From Candidatus Hydrogenedentota bacterium (lineage in GTDB: Bacteria > Hydrogenedentota > Hydrogenedentia > Hydrogenedentales > SLHB01), in contig BTVY01000013.1 of NCBI GenBank assembly GCA_045863335.1, positions 1 to 64,000 on the forward strand: DNA of 64,000 bases, given 5' to 3'. Below are positions 27,290-37,300 of the stretch, in pieces (positions within the stretch are counted from its first letter, which is position 1; every line of letters begins with the position of its first letter). A model generated the notes under the pieces. That model was not told where the DNA came from. It saw nothing but the letters and a program-made list of their open reading frames with translations, and did no database searches. Both the position numbers and the translations under genes were made by a program.

Positions 27290-28654
27290 ATGAACATCCT
27301 GCTGATCGCACCGGCGTCCGGACCCTGGCAACGCATCGAGCGCCACCGGACTTTTAATGGCAAGACTTTCCGCTTCTCCATGCTTTCCCTGCTCACGGTC
27401 GCGGCCCTTTCGCCGAAGGACGCGAAGGTCACCATCGTGGACGAACAGGTCGAAGACATCCCGGACGACGATTTCGATCTCGTCGGCATCACCGCCATGA
27501 CGGCCCTGGCACCGCGCGCCTACGAACTCTGCGATCTCTTTCGCGCCCGCGGCATCCCGGTGGTGATGGGCGGGTTCCACGCGACCCTGAATCCCGAGGA
27601 AGCGCTGCGCCACGCCGACGCCATCGTGACCGGCCCCGCGACCGGCGCCTGGGAACGGGTCTGCGACGACGTCCGGCAGGGCCGGCTCCAACGCCGCTAC
27701 CCGGGCGATCCGAACGCGCCCTACCCGAAAACCCTTCCCCGCCACCTGCTGGAGTCGAGCCGCTACCAATCCGTCAACGCCACGCTGGCCACCATGGGTT
27801 GCCGCAACCGCTGCCACTTCTGTTCCATCAACGCCTTTCACGGCGGCAACCGCTTCTCACGCCCGATAGCGGACGTGGTCGAAGAAGTGTGCGGTTTTTC
27901 CAAAGGTCTCTTCGTCTTCGTCGACGACAATCTCACACAGGATCGCGATTACGCCCTTGAACTGTTCCGTGCGCTCGCCCCGCTGAAACGCCGGTGGGTG
28001 ATCCAGGCCTCCATCGACATCGCGGAAGACCCGGAACTGCTCACCGCATTGAAGGACGGCGGATGCGCGGGACTCTTCGTGGGACTCGAGACCTTCAATT
28101 CCGAGGCGCTTTCCGAACAGGACAAAGCCTTCAACCGGCCGGAGCGCTACCGCGACGCGATCCGCACGCTGCACCGGCACGGCATGTTCGTCGAAGCGGG
28201 CATGATCGTCGGATTCGACGCCGACGGACGAAACGTCTTCCACGACACCTTACAGATGCTCGATTGGGCCGGCATCGACGTAATCCAGCTCGCGGTCTTG
28301 ACGCCCCTGCCGGGCACGCCGTTGTACGACGCCATGAAGGATCGCATCGTGGATACGAACTGGGAGCACTACGATTACCGGCACGCCGTGTTTACCCCTA
28401 AGCACATGACTGCCGGCGAACTGCAGGGTGGTGCGGACTGGCTCATCCGAAAGTTCTACGCACCATCCAGAATCCTGAAGCGCCTGTACCGGTGGCTCAC
28501 CATGCCCGGCGGTCTGCGAATGTTCGTTTATCCCCTCGCGTTGAACCTCGCGTACTACGGGCGCGTGCGCCGCTTTCAAATTCGAGGCCGCGATCCCGGA
28601 GCGACGGTTCGACCGGGTCGGCTGCAAACGCTCGACCTGGTGAACTCACGATGA
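27290..28654 (+). CDS. B12-binding domain radical SAM protein
   Basis: DLVGITAMT..VVMGGFHAT cobalamin-binding domain; GCRNRCHFC; FVDDNL, VGLET, LTPLPGTPLY. Confidence 0.93.
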   Translation: MNILLIAPASGPWQRIERHRTFNGKTFRFSMLSLLTVAALSPKDAKVTIVDEQVEDIPDDDFDLVGITAMTALAPRAYELCDLFRARGIPVVMGGFHATLNPEEALRHADAIVTGPATGAWERVCDDVRQGRLQRRYPGDPNAPYPKTLPRHLLESSRYQSVNATLATMGCRNRCHFCSINAFHGGNRFSRPIADVVEEVCGFSKGLFVFVDDNLTQDRDYALELFRALAPLKRRWVIQASIDIAEDPELLTALKDGGCAGLFVGLETFNSEALSEQDKAFNRPERYRDAIRTLHRHGMFVEAGMIVGFDADGRNVFHDTLQMLDWAGIDVIQLAVLTPLPGTPLYDAMKDRIVDTNWEHYDYRHAVFTPKHMTAGELQGGADWLIRKFYAPSRILKRLYRWLTMPGGLRMFVYPLALNLAYYGRVRRFQIRGRDPGATVRPGRLQTLDLVNSR

Positions 28655-29008
28655 GAGAAATCACATCGATGCTTGTACCCCCCTGACACCGGGCAGACCG
28701 GACGGTGTAGCGACGATCAACGGAACATTCAGCCGAGTGACCGTGCAGAGTGAACGTCACTCGTTTGCGGAGACAAACGAATACCGTTTCCCGCGCGTGA
28801 ACTCAGCGTGAATGCGTACCGGCTTCCCCGCAAATGCAAAGAAAACCACCCATTACGCAAAACTCCATGACACTATCGTGACGCGTCGCGCCACGCAAAC
28901 GCCGCCATTCGGCAGGGAACAGGAATCCACCGATTCACCCAATCGCCGCTTCGGTTGTCTAATTGATCGGAAGTCGCATCACACAGTACATTCGAGCGGA
29001 GACCCATC

Positions 29009-32000
29009 ATGACAGCCTCAGACCAAGCCCTTCTCGAACGCTGGTACGTACACCGCGACGCGGAGGCGTTCAAGACCATCGCGCAACGTCACGCGGGCAT
29101 GGTCTACGCCACCTGCCGGCGCGTTCTCCGTAATGCGTCCGATGCGGAGGAGGTCGCGCAGGAATGCTTCGAAGTTCTGTGCTCGACCCATCGCCGTCCA
29201 AATAAGAACTTGGCGAGTTGGTTGCACACGGTCGCCACAAACCGTGCGATCAACCGTATTCGCTCCGACAAACGCCGCGCGGAGAAGATATCGGCGTACA
29301 CCCTGGAATCCCGCCCGAATGCGGAGATTGAGTGGAACGATCTCTACGATCTCGTGGACGAAGCCATCGCGGAACTCCCACCGGACCTCAGCGAGCCCAT
29401 CGTGCGCCATTTCTTCGAAGACGAGTCGCACGACGACATCGCCCAATCGCTCGGGTTGACACGATCCGCTGTCACACACCGCATCCACCGCGCCGTCGAC
29501 CGCTTGCGAAACGCCCTACAACGTCGCGGCGTCGAGATTGCGGCGGGGGCCTTGAGCGTGCTCCTTGCGAAGAGCACCGCCGCGGAAGCCATCCCGCACA
29601 CACTAACGGTATCAATCGCCAAACTCGCCCTCGCCGGACCGGCGGTCACCACATCGGCGGCCGGTGCGACCATCGTCGCGGCGAAGATCGTGTTCGCGTG
29701 CCTCCTCACGGCGGTTGCCGGATTTGTGGTGTGGAAGGGTCTCGAGCGCAAGGAACCAGCTTCAGACACACCCTCGGTCACCGCATTCGCGACAACGCAA
29801 CACGAATCGCCGGACTCCAGTCGCGACGCAGCGCAAACGCCTTCGCTACCGTCGGGCTCAAGTGATATCGCGCGCGCTATGACGCAAGCATTGGCAGATG
29901 CCGGCGCCGATTCTTCCGCCACAACCGCCATCACCGGCCGGGTCTATATTGTCGAGACCGGCGAGCCGGTGTCGGGCATGGAGATCGTCCTGGAGCCGCT
30001 CGGCGACAGACCGGAGCCTCAAGCTACCGTCAGGACGAATGGCGACGGCACGTACCGCATGACGGTGCCCGTCCCAGGCGAATACCACATTCGCCGATCG
30101 TACTCGCACCCCGGGCTCCCGTCGCCGGAGATCGAACCACGCACCATCCGCATTGCGGAAGGCCAGGTCGTGGAGGATCTTGATTTCCCCATCGTCATGG
30201 GGATTCGCGTGTCCGGGATCTGCGTCGACGAACAAGGCAACCCGGTTTCCGGTGCGCAGATCGAAGGAAGGGACCGCGATAATTACCGCTCGCTTGAATC
30301 GTACATTACGGGAGAAGACGGACGATTCACGCTTGCCGGATTTCCGAAGACGCCCCGCTTCACTATCGACGCGGAAGTACGCGGCAAGCTCGTCAGCGAC
30401 CTCTACGGCCCTACCCCGCTGAAGGGCGGCGACGTGAAGGATGTGCGCGTCGTCATGCGCCCAGTCGCTTCCATCGCCGGAACCGTCGTTGACGCGAGCG
30501 GACGGCCCCTCCCCGGGATCCGCGTATCGGCAAATCCGATGGAGCAGGAACTACAACGCTACGTCGGCAACGCCACCGAAGAGACGGCGAGCGATGGTGC
30601 GTTCCGATTGGAGGGCCTGGCCCCCGGCAACCACCGCGTCTTTCTCCAGGTACCCGACGCCAGCATTCTTCGCAAACCTGCGACCGGACCGGAGTTCATC
30701 GAACTGGCCTCCGGCGAATCGGTCACCGGTTTGCGCTTGGTCTACGAAGACCCCGATTCGGTGGGGCTGACCATCGCGGGCCGGGTCGTGGATGCGAAAG
30801 GGGCGCCGATTGCAAATGCCGAGGTCCGGAGTCACGGCGCGGATGCTTTCCGGCTCACGCAGAGCAACGATGCCGGAGAGTTCCTGATCGGCGGACTGCC
30901 CGATATTACGGTGACGCTGGTCGCCGAGCACGCGGAACACGCGAAGGCAACGACAGAAAACGTCGCCGCCGGTACGACCGGACTCCAACTCGTCATGGAT
31001 GACCTCGGCACGCTCGAAGGACAGGTGGTGGACGCCGTCACCGGCGAGCCCGTGGAACAGTTCGAACTCGTACATCTGGACACGACCACGCGCAACCACG
31101 TCGGCGAACGAACCCGTATGCGGCCGCAGATCGATCCGGAAGGCCGTTTTCGCATCGACAACGTCGCGCCGGGCCCCGTACTCCTGGTTGCCAAAGCCGA
31201 CGGGTACGCGGAAACAGAACTCGAGGTGGAAGACCTGGCCCCAGGCCAGGCCGTTTCCAATCTGCGCATTGCGCTGAGCGGTGGCACAACCCTGACAGTC
31301 TCCGTGCAAACCGCCGCCGGTGACCCTGTCGCCGGAGCCTATCTCATACCCGGCGGTGTGCCGAACGATATGGAACCGCGGCTCGCTGCGGCCGCGCAAA
31401 CCGACGCCGAAGGCCAGTTCACCCTCGACAACCAGCCGTCCACGCTGGATCTGCTCAGCGTCTACCACGAGTCCTACGCTTTGGCCACCGTTCCCCTGTC
31501 CCTGAACGCCGGTAGCGCCAACACCGTGAACGTAACGCTTTCTGCCGGCTGCATGCTGGAAGGCGGGGTCTTCGTCGACGGTGAACCCGCTGAGGCGGTG
31601 GAGGTCCGGCTGTTCATGGGCAACGCCCCGGACGTGCAGCGCTACGCCACCAAGACGGACACGGCGGGCGCCTACCGGTTCGAGCACCTCCCCACGGGAG
31701 GTGCGCACGCCCTCACCCTGATACCCATCCTGCTGGACGACGCGCCCATCACGCGATGGTTCAGTCAATCCGTTTCGCTCCAGGAAGGGAAACCGACTCC
31801 GCTGGACTTCAATCTGCCCCCGGTGACGGCGGCGGTCGAAGGATTCGTCACGCACGACAACGCGCCGGCCCCCGCATCAAATATGACGCTGCTCGTACTG
31901 ACCCCGTTCGGCACCGAGCAACGCAACACCAACGTGGACTCCACCGGCGCGTACCGGTTCGACGCCGTCCCTGCCGGCCACGCCACCATCCGCGCGGATA

Positions 32001-32092
32001 TCCACGCCCAGGGCCTGTCGGCGACAACGGAATTCGAACTCACCGACAACCAAACCGCCCAGGTGGATTTGGCGCTGGTAGCGGTGAAATAG
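29009..32092 (+). CDS. Second ECF sigma factor fused to TM and carboxypeptidase-regulatory-like repeats
   Basis: DAEAF..RHAGMVYATCRRVL..DAEEVAQECF; IAQSLGLTRSAVTHRIHRA; TM KIVFACLLTAVAGFVVW; repeated GRVVD..G.P units. Confidence 0.9.
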   Translation: MTASDQALLERWYVHRDAEAFKTIAQRHAGMVYATCRRVLRNASDAEEVAQECFEVLCSTHRRPNKNLASWLHTVATNRAINRIRSDKRRAEKISAYTLESRPNAEIEWNDLYDLVDEAIAELPPDLSEPIVRHFFEDESHDDIAQSLGLTRSAVTHRIHRAVDRLRNALQRRGVEIAAGALSVLLAKSTAAEAIPHTLTVSIAKLALAGPAVTTSAAGATIVAAKIVFACLLTAVAGFVVWKGLERKEPASDTPSVTAFATTQHESPDSSRDAAQTPSLPSGSSDIARAMTQALADAGADSSATTAITGRVYIVETGEPVSGMEIVLEPLGDRPEPQATVRTNGDGTYRMTVPVPGEYHIRRSYSHPGLPSPEIEPRTIRIAEGQVVEDLDFPIVMGIRVSGICVDEQGNPVSGAQIEGRDRDNYRSLESYITGEDGRFTLAGFPKTPRFTIDAEVRGKLVSDLYGPTPLKGGDVKDVRVVMRPVASIAGTVVDASGRPLPGIRVSANPMEQELQRYVGNATEETASDGAFRLEGLAPGNHRVFLQVPDASILRKPATGPEFIELASGESVTGLRLVYEDPDSVGLTIAGRVVDAKGAPIANAEVRSHGADAFRLTQSNDAGEFLIGGLPDITVTLVAEHAEHAKATTENVAAGTTGLQLVMDDLGTLEGQVVDAVTGEPVEQFELVHLDTTTRNHVGERTRMRPQIDPEGRFRIDNVAPGPVLLVAKADGYAETELEVEDLAPGQAVSNLRIALSGGTTLTVSVQTAAGDPVAGAYLIPGGVPNDMEPRLAAAAQTDAEGQFTLDNQPSTLDLLSVYHESYALATVPLSLNAGSANTVNVTLSAGCMLEGGVFVDGEPAEAVEVRLFMGNAPDVQRYATKTDTAGAYRFEHLPTGGAHALTLIPILLDDAPITRWFSQSVSLQEGKPTPLDFNLPPVTAAVEGFVTHDNAPAPASNMTLLVLTPFGTEQRNTNVDSTGAYRFDAVPAGHATIRADIHAQGLSATTEFELTDNQTAQVDLALVAVK

Positions 32093-32147
32093 CGGACGGG
32101 GCTGTGCTTGACGTGGGCGTACTGGTTCACCCCGCGGCACGGCGTGT

Positions 32148-34118
32148 TTACTGGTCCCCGATTTCGCATAACCATACGCCAAGCGGGTCGAACGCGAGTC
32201 GCAGGGACTTCGGCTCGGCCATCGGGATCGCTTTGTCCGTGCCGAAGCGCGTCACGGTCGCGGGTTCGAAGGGTAACGTGAACGTTGTCTCCTGCGGTTC
32301 CGGCGAGTTGTTTACGGCGATGAGGTAGGTCGTCGTGCCTACCTGCTTGACGGTCCAGTTGAGCCACTCGGCATCGTCCGTGGTGATGGCCGGGGGTTCG
32401 TCTACGGACAACAACGCGGGGGTCATGTCCTTCACTTCCTGCACGACGGTTTTGAACTGGGGCCAGTAGCTCTCGAAATCGAGCCCGGCATTCCGTTGCG
32501 GCAAGTACATGTTGAACCAACTGTAGAAAATGAGGCCGTTCGCGCCTTCGGCGATGCATTGCCACGTCATGTTCCGCACTTCTTCGATGGTCGGTTGCCG
32601 GTACTGGTCCGCCTTCTCTTCCCGGTACGCGCCCCAGTTAAACACCTGCGGCACCATCCACACCGGCCGCGCGCCGTGCATGGCCTCGACCGTTTTGCGC
32701 GTCCACTCGCCTGCCATGGCCGCGGGCTTCTCCGGGATGGGGTAAGGGTCCGTGCCGATGGCGTGGCAGGTGTCGAAGTAGCCGCCGATTTCGCCGATCT
32801 GATACAGCACCGACCACGTCGGATGATTCGGGTCGAGTTCTTCGACCCATTCCTTATGCAGGATGAGCCGGTCCAGTTGCGTCAACGGCGCTTCGTCGTT
32901 CAGATACCACGCCAGCAGCGCGGGATGATCCCGCAACGACTCCACCTTATTCGTGATGAAGGGCTGCTCGTCGGCCTCGGTCTTGATCGCGTCACCCAAA
33001 TGCCCGAGAAACGCGTAACAGTCCTTCACGGAATAGATGACTTTCAAGCCATGCGCATCGACCAGGTCCATGTCTTCCCGGCTGAGCATGTGGTACGGCA
33101 TAAGACAGTTGAACGGGCTGTCCGCGAAGACGCCGATCGATTCTTCATCGACGGAACCCCAATACATGCCCAGCGGGAAAAACGGTTTCCCCTCATAGAT
33201 GAGCCGATTGTGTTCGTCGATGTACGCGGTCCGCTGCGGTATGCCGACCAGCCGTACCACCTCGCAAGATTTCGATGAGATCACCTCGTCGGTATCGTTC
33301 TTCCGCAGCTCCACCGCGATCGTGTATCGCCCCGGTTCGAGCGACGCACCCGGCATGTGCAGCACGTCCTCCAGCGATGCCGACACCGCCTGCGTACCGG
33401 ACGCAACCGCCGCGCCGTCGTCCGCGTTCGTTATCGTCCAATGCAACGTCACGTCGCCGTTCGATACCGGATAGTCTCTCAGGTTGCCCGTCTCCGCGAC
33501 TACGCGAACCGCTTCCGGCCCGGCATCCGTGACTTCGCCGCGATAGTTTGGACTCAGCAGTTTGATCGCGAGCGGATCGTCGCGGTGTTCCCGGACCTCG
33601 ACCTCGTCCCACCACGCCGTGCCCGTCATCCCTTTGCGCAGGTAGCACGCAACGGTGCCCCCCACGACGCCTTCCGGTACTGGCGCCGACACCCCTTCCA
33701 ACAGCGTCCAGTCCGTCGTGCCCTTCACTCCCGTCCGGCAATAAGCGCCGCCGACCCACTTCCCGTCGGCATCAATGTACTCGATGCAAAGCGTCGCGCC
33801 GTGGTCCTCTCCCGCGATGCCTTCCGACTTCACCCACGCGCTGAACTCGTATTTCTTCCCCACCTCAAAGGGCAGCCGTTGCGAGCACAACACATACTTT
33901 TCCGCATCGGCATTCACGAACTTCAGCGACGCCTCGCCAGAATGCGCCACGGCCGTGTCCCGGCTGTACACGCTCTGGTCACCGTTCCACCCGGTGGGCA
34001 GCCCGCTGTCCGAAACCTCCTCGAACCCCGGATTCGTAACCAGGTTCGGCGGGTCCCACTCCTCCGCTTCAATCCCGAGAATTCCAAATAGTACAAACAG
34101 AAATAAGGTCTTTTTCAT
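32148..34118 (-). CDS. Secreted CBM4/9-like domain + clan GH-A-like TIM-barrel glycoside hydrolase, unassigned family
   Basis: Signal peptide; NLVTNPGFEE CBM start; GKPFFPLGMY, HPALLAWYLNDE, GTDPYP, PVWMVPQ, GANGLIFY. Confidence 0.75.
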   Translation of the reverse strand: MKKTLFLFVLFGILGIEAEEWDPPNLVTNPGFEEVSDSGLPTGWNGDQSVYSRDTAVAHSGEASLKFVNADAEKYVLCSQRLPFEVGKKYEFSAWVKSEGIAGEDHGATLCIEYIDADGKWVGGAYCRTGVKGTTDWTLLEGVSAPVPEGVVGGTVACYLRKGMTGTAWWDEVEVREHRDDPLAIKLLSPNYRGEVTDAGPEAVRVVAETGNLRDYPVSNGDVTLHWTITNADDGAAVASGTQAVSASLEDVLHMPGASLEPGRYTIAVELRKNDTDEVISSKSCEVVRLVGIPQRTAYIDEHNRLIYEGKPFFPLGMYWGSVDEESIGVFADSPFNCLMPYHMLSREDMDLVDAHGLKVIYSVKDCYAFLGHLGDAIKTEADEQPFITNKVESLRDHPALLAWYLNDEAPLTQLDRLILHKEWVEELDPNHPTWSVLYQIGEIGGYFDTCHAIGTDPYPIPEKPAAMAGEWTRKTVEAMHGARPVWMVPQVFNWGAYREEKADQYRQPTIEEVRNMTWQCIAEGANGLIFYSWFNMYLPQRNAGLDFESYWPQFKTVVQEVKDMTPALLSVDEPPAITTDDAEWLNWTVKQVGTTTYLIAVNNSPEPQETTFTLPFEPATVTRFGTDKAIPMAEPKSLRLAFDPLGVWLCEIGDQ

Positions 34119-34322
34119 AAGCACCCCTAGAACCTTCGGTTCAGCACGTAAGAAGTAGGTTAGAATCTAGCGTCAGTCTAGTCGTTCGGCCGCACCTTAC
34201 CAAGATCGAAACGATTTCGTTCATCGTGTTGTACTGATTGGAACGCCATACCGCACGGGCGTTCAATTCCGGACCGCATCAGCGATTTCCCCGATAGCGC
34301 AATGTTTTTCGCCCTTGCCTCG

Positions 34323-34351
34323 TTTACATGCCCCCGTATATGTGCTACACT
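34323..34351 (+). promoter_or_regulatory. Sigma70 promoter with extended -10
   Basis: TTTACA-17 bp-TACACT preceded by TGn. Confidence 0.55.
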
Positions 34352-34382
34352 AAAACCGTGATTGCGGGGCATAGTACTATTG

Positions 34383-37300
34383 ATGGCGGACAGGCACGAA
34401 GGGCGCGAACCGGGCCGGGGTAATCCCCTGAACGAGTGCCTGGGTCACGCTCAATCTTCTCACGGAAGCGACGATCGAGACGCCGAACTTCCAGCGTTCG
34501 AACGTGGTGAATTGCGGGCTGCGGATGCCCCGTCTACACAGGACGAGTCACTGCACGATGCGGTCTTGCAGTCCGCGCGCGAGGGAATCGTTGTTCTGTC
34601 CCCGCAGCTGCGAATCGAGTCTGTGAATCCGCCAGCAGCCGCACTGCTACAAATCGACCCCGCTCCCACACCGGACCAACGAGACCGCATCCTTCTCAGT
34701 CGATACCTCCACCTGAACGGCTCGCCGATGCCGGACGACAAGCTTCCCTTTCACCGCGCGTTGAAGACCGGGAAACCTGGCGGCATGGTTCGCTTTGTGG
34801 CGGAATTTCCTGACGGCAACCGGGCGTCGCTTTCCGCCAGCGCCTTTCCCGTTGAAGACGACACCGGCCAGGTCCGCCACATCATCGTGTCGCTGGAAGA
34901 TATCGCTGCACGAGAGGAATCGCGCGCCGACGTCAAACGGATCAATCGCGCCTTGCGTATTGTCACCTCCTGCAACCAGGCCCTCGTTCGCGCCACCGAC
35001 GAAACGGAGCTTCTGCGCGCCATCTGTGACAGCATCGAACGGGAAGGCGGGTTCCCTCTGGTTTGGGTTGGATTCGCCGAGAACGACGCGCGCAAGACGA
35101 TTCGGCCCGTCTCGTGGGCTGGCCGTGAAAGCGGCTATATCGCCGGCGTGGACATCACTTGGAACGATGAATCAACGGGGTGCGGTCCCGTAGGGAAAGC
35201 GGTCAGATTTGCCAAGCCGTTCGTGATTCAAAACATCACCACCGCCGCGGAATCTGCGCGATGGCGCGGTCGGGCCGCGGAACATAATCTGAAATCCCTG
35301 GCCGCGCTTCCCCTCATTGTCGACAACCGGGCAGCCGGTGTTTTGGCCATCTACTCGACTCAAGCAGACGCGTTTCGCGAAGCCGAGATACGGGTGCTTG
35401 AGCAGCTCGCGGCGGACCTGTCCTACGGAATCGGCGCGTTGCGCGCCCGCGAGCATCAGCGCGAGACGCAAGCAAAACTCACGGACACGGCGGAACAACT
35501 AAAACTTGCAGTGGCTGCGTCGAACACGGGCCTGTGGGATTGGGATCTGCGCACCAACGCCGTTTACTACTCGGCGGAATGGAAGCGCCAACTGGGCTAT
35601 GAATTCCACGAGATCGATCACTGTTACGAGGAGTGGGAGACCCGGATTCATTGCGACGATGTTAAGCGAATTACCACGAATCTGGCCGAGTTCCTGGCCG
35701 ATCCCAGCCGTGGGTATGAAGACGAATTCCGGTTGCGTCACAAGGACGGATCGTACCGCTGGATCCTGTCGCGCGCATCGCTCTACAACGATGAACGTGG
35801 AAATCCCGCCCGCGTGATCGGAACCCATATCGACGTAACCGAGCGCAAGCATGCAGAGGAGCGGCTGCGGCACACCCAAGAACTGCTGGCGGAGACCGGC
35901 CGCCTCGCGCATATCGGCGGCTGGGAATTCAATCCACGAACGGGTAAGGGTGTGTGGACGGATGAGGTCGCGCGCATTCATGAGATCGACCCTGAGATCG
36001 AAGTGACCGCTGAACTTGGCTTGAGCTTCTATCACGGCGAATCCCGGGCGCGGATCGAGGAGGCAATACGGCAGGCTGTTGAATCGGCCACGCCCTATGA
36101 TCTCATCCTCGAAATGACCACGGCGAAGGGAAACCGCCGCTGGGTGCGAACGGTCGGCCGGCCTGTCGTTCAGGATGGAAAGGTTGTGTCGCTGCGCGGG
36201 TACTTTCAGGACGTGACCGAGGTTACGCAATCGCGCGACGAGATTACACGCCTTGCCCATTTTCCAAGTCAGAATCCCTACCCGGTATTGCGTGTCGACG
36301 AAGGGGGCAACGTCCTGTACGCGAACCCGGCCGCGCAGACGATGCTCCCGTCGTGGGACTGCCGGCCCGGCGTAGCCGTTCCCGATGATATCGCGTCGAT
36401 TGCCAGTCGGGCCCTTGCGGAAGACCGCATTCTGAATACAGAATTTGAGTCCGATAACCGGACCTTCCTGGTCGCGTTTACCCCGATTGCCCGTGACAGG
36501 GCTGTCCACATTTATTGTTTCGATATCTCGGCTCGAAAGACCGCCGAACAATCCCTGACGCGCAGCGAACGCCGGCTTGCTGAGGCCATGGACCTCGCGA
36601 ACGCGGCCGAATGGGAGTTTGACCTCTCCGCCGGAGCATTCACGTTCAACGACCGCTTCTACGCGCTTTACGGGACCACTGCGGAACAGGAGGGCGGGTA
36701 CCGCATGTCTGCGGAAGACTACGCAAGCCGCTTCCTGTACCCGGAGGATGCTCATCTCGTTGCTGACGAAGTGGCGCGCGCAATGGCCGAATCCGACGCC
36801 AACGCGGCATGGCAACTCGAGCACCGGATCCGAACCCGCGACGGACGCAAGCGTTTCATCGTCGTTCGCATCACAACGATCAAGAATGCTCAAGGCGACA
36901 CAATCTCGACCCACGGCGTCAACCAGGACATTACCGAGCGGCGGCTTGCAGAAGACGAACGCGCCCGCCTTGCCATCGCACTGGAGCAGGCCGCCGAGGC
37001 CGTTGTCGTTACGAATGCCCGGGGCGAAATCACCTATGTAAATCCGGCCTTTGAACGCATTACCGGCTACAGTCGCGACGAAGCACACGGGCAAAACCCC
37101 CGGATCCTCAAGAGCGGCGAACAAGACGACGAATTCTACGATGAGCTTTGGGAGACTCTGGGTCGCGGAAAAGTCTGGTCCGGAAAACTAAAGAATCGGC
37201 GAAAGGACGGCAATCTCTACGACGCGGAGATGACCGTTTCGCCGGTGCTAGACGAGTCTGGATCGATCACGAGCTATGTCGCCATCCAGCGGGACGTGAC

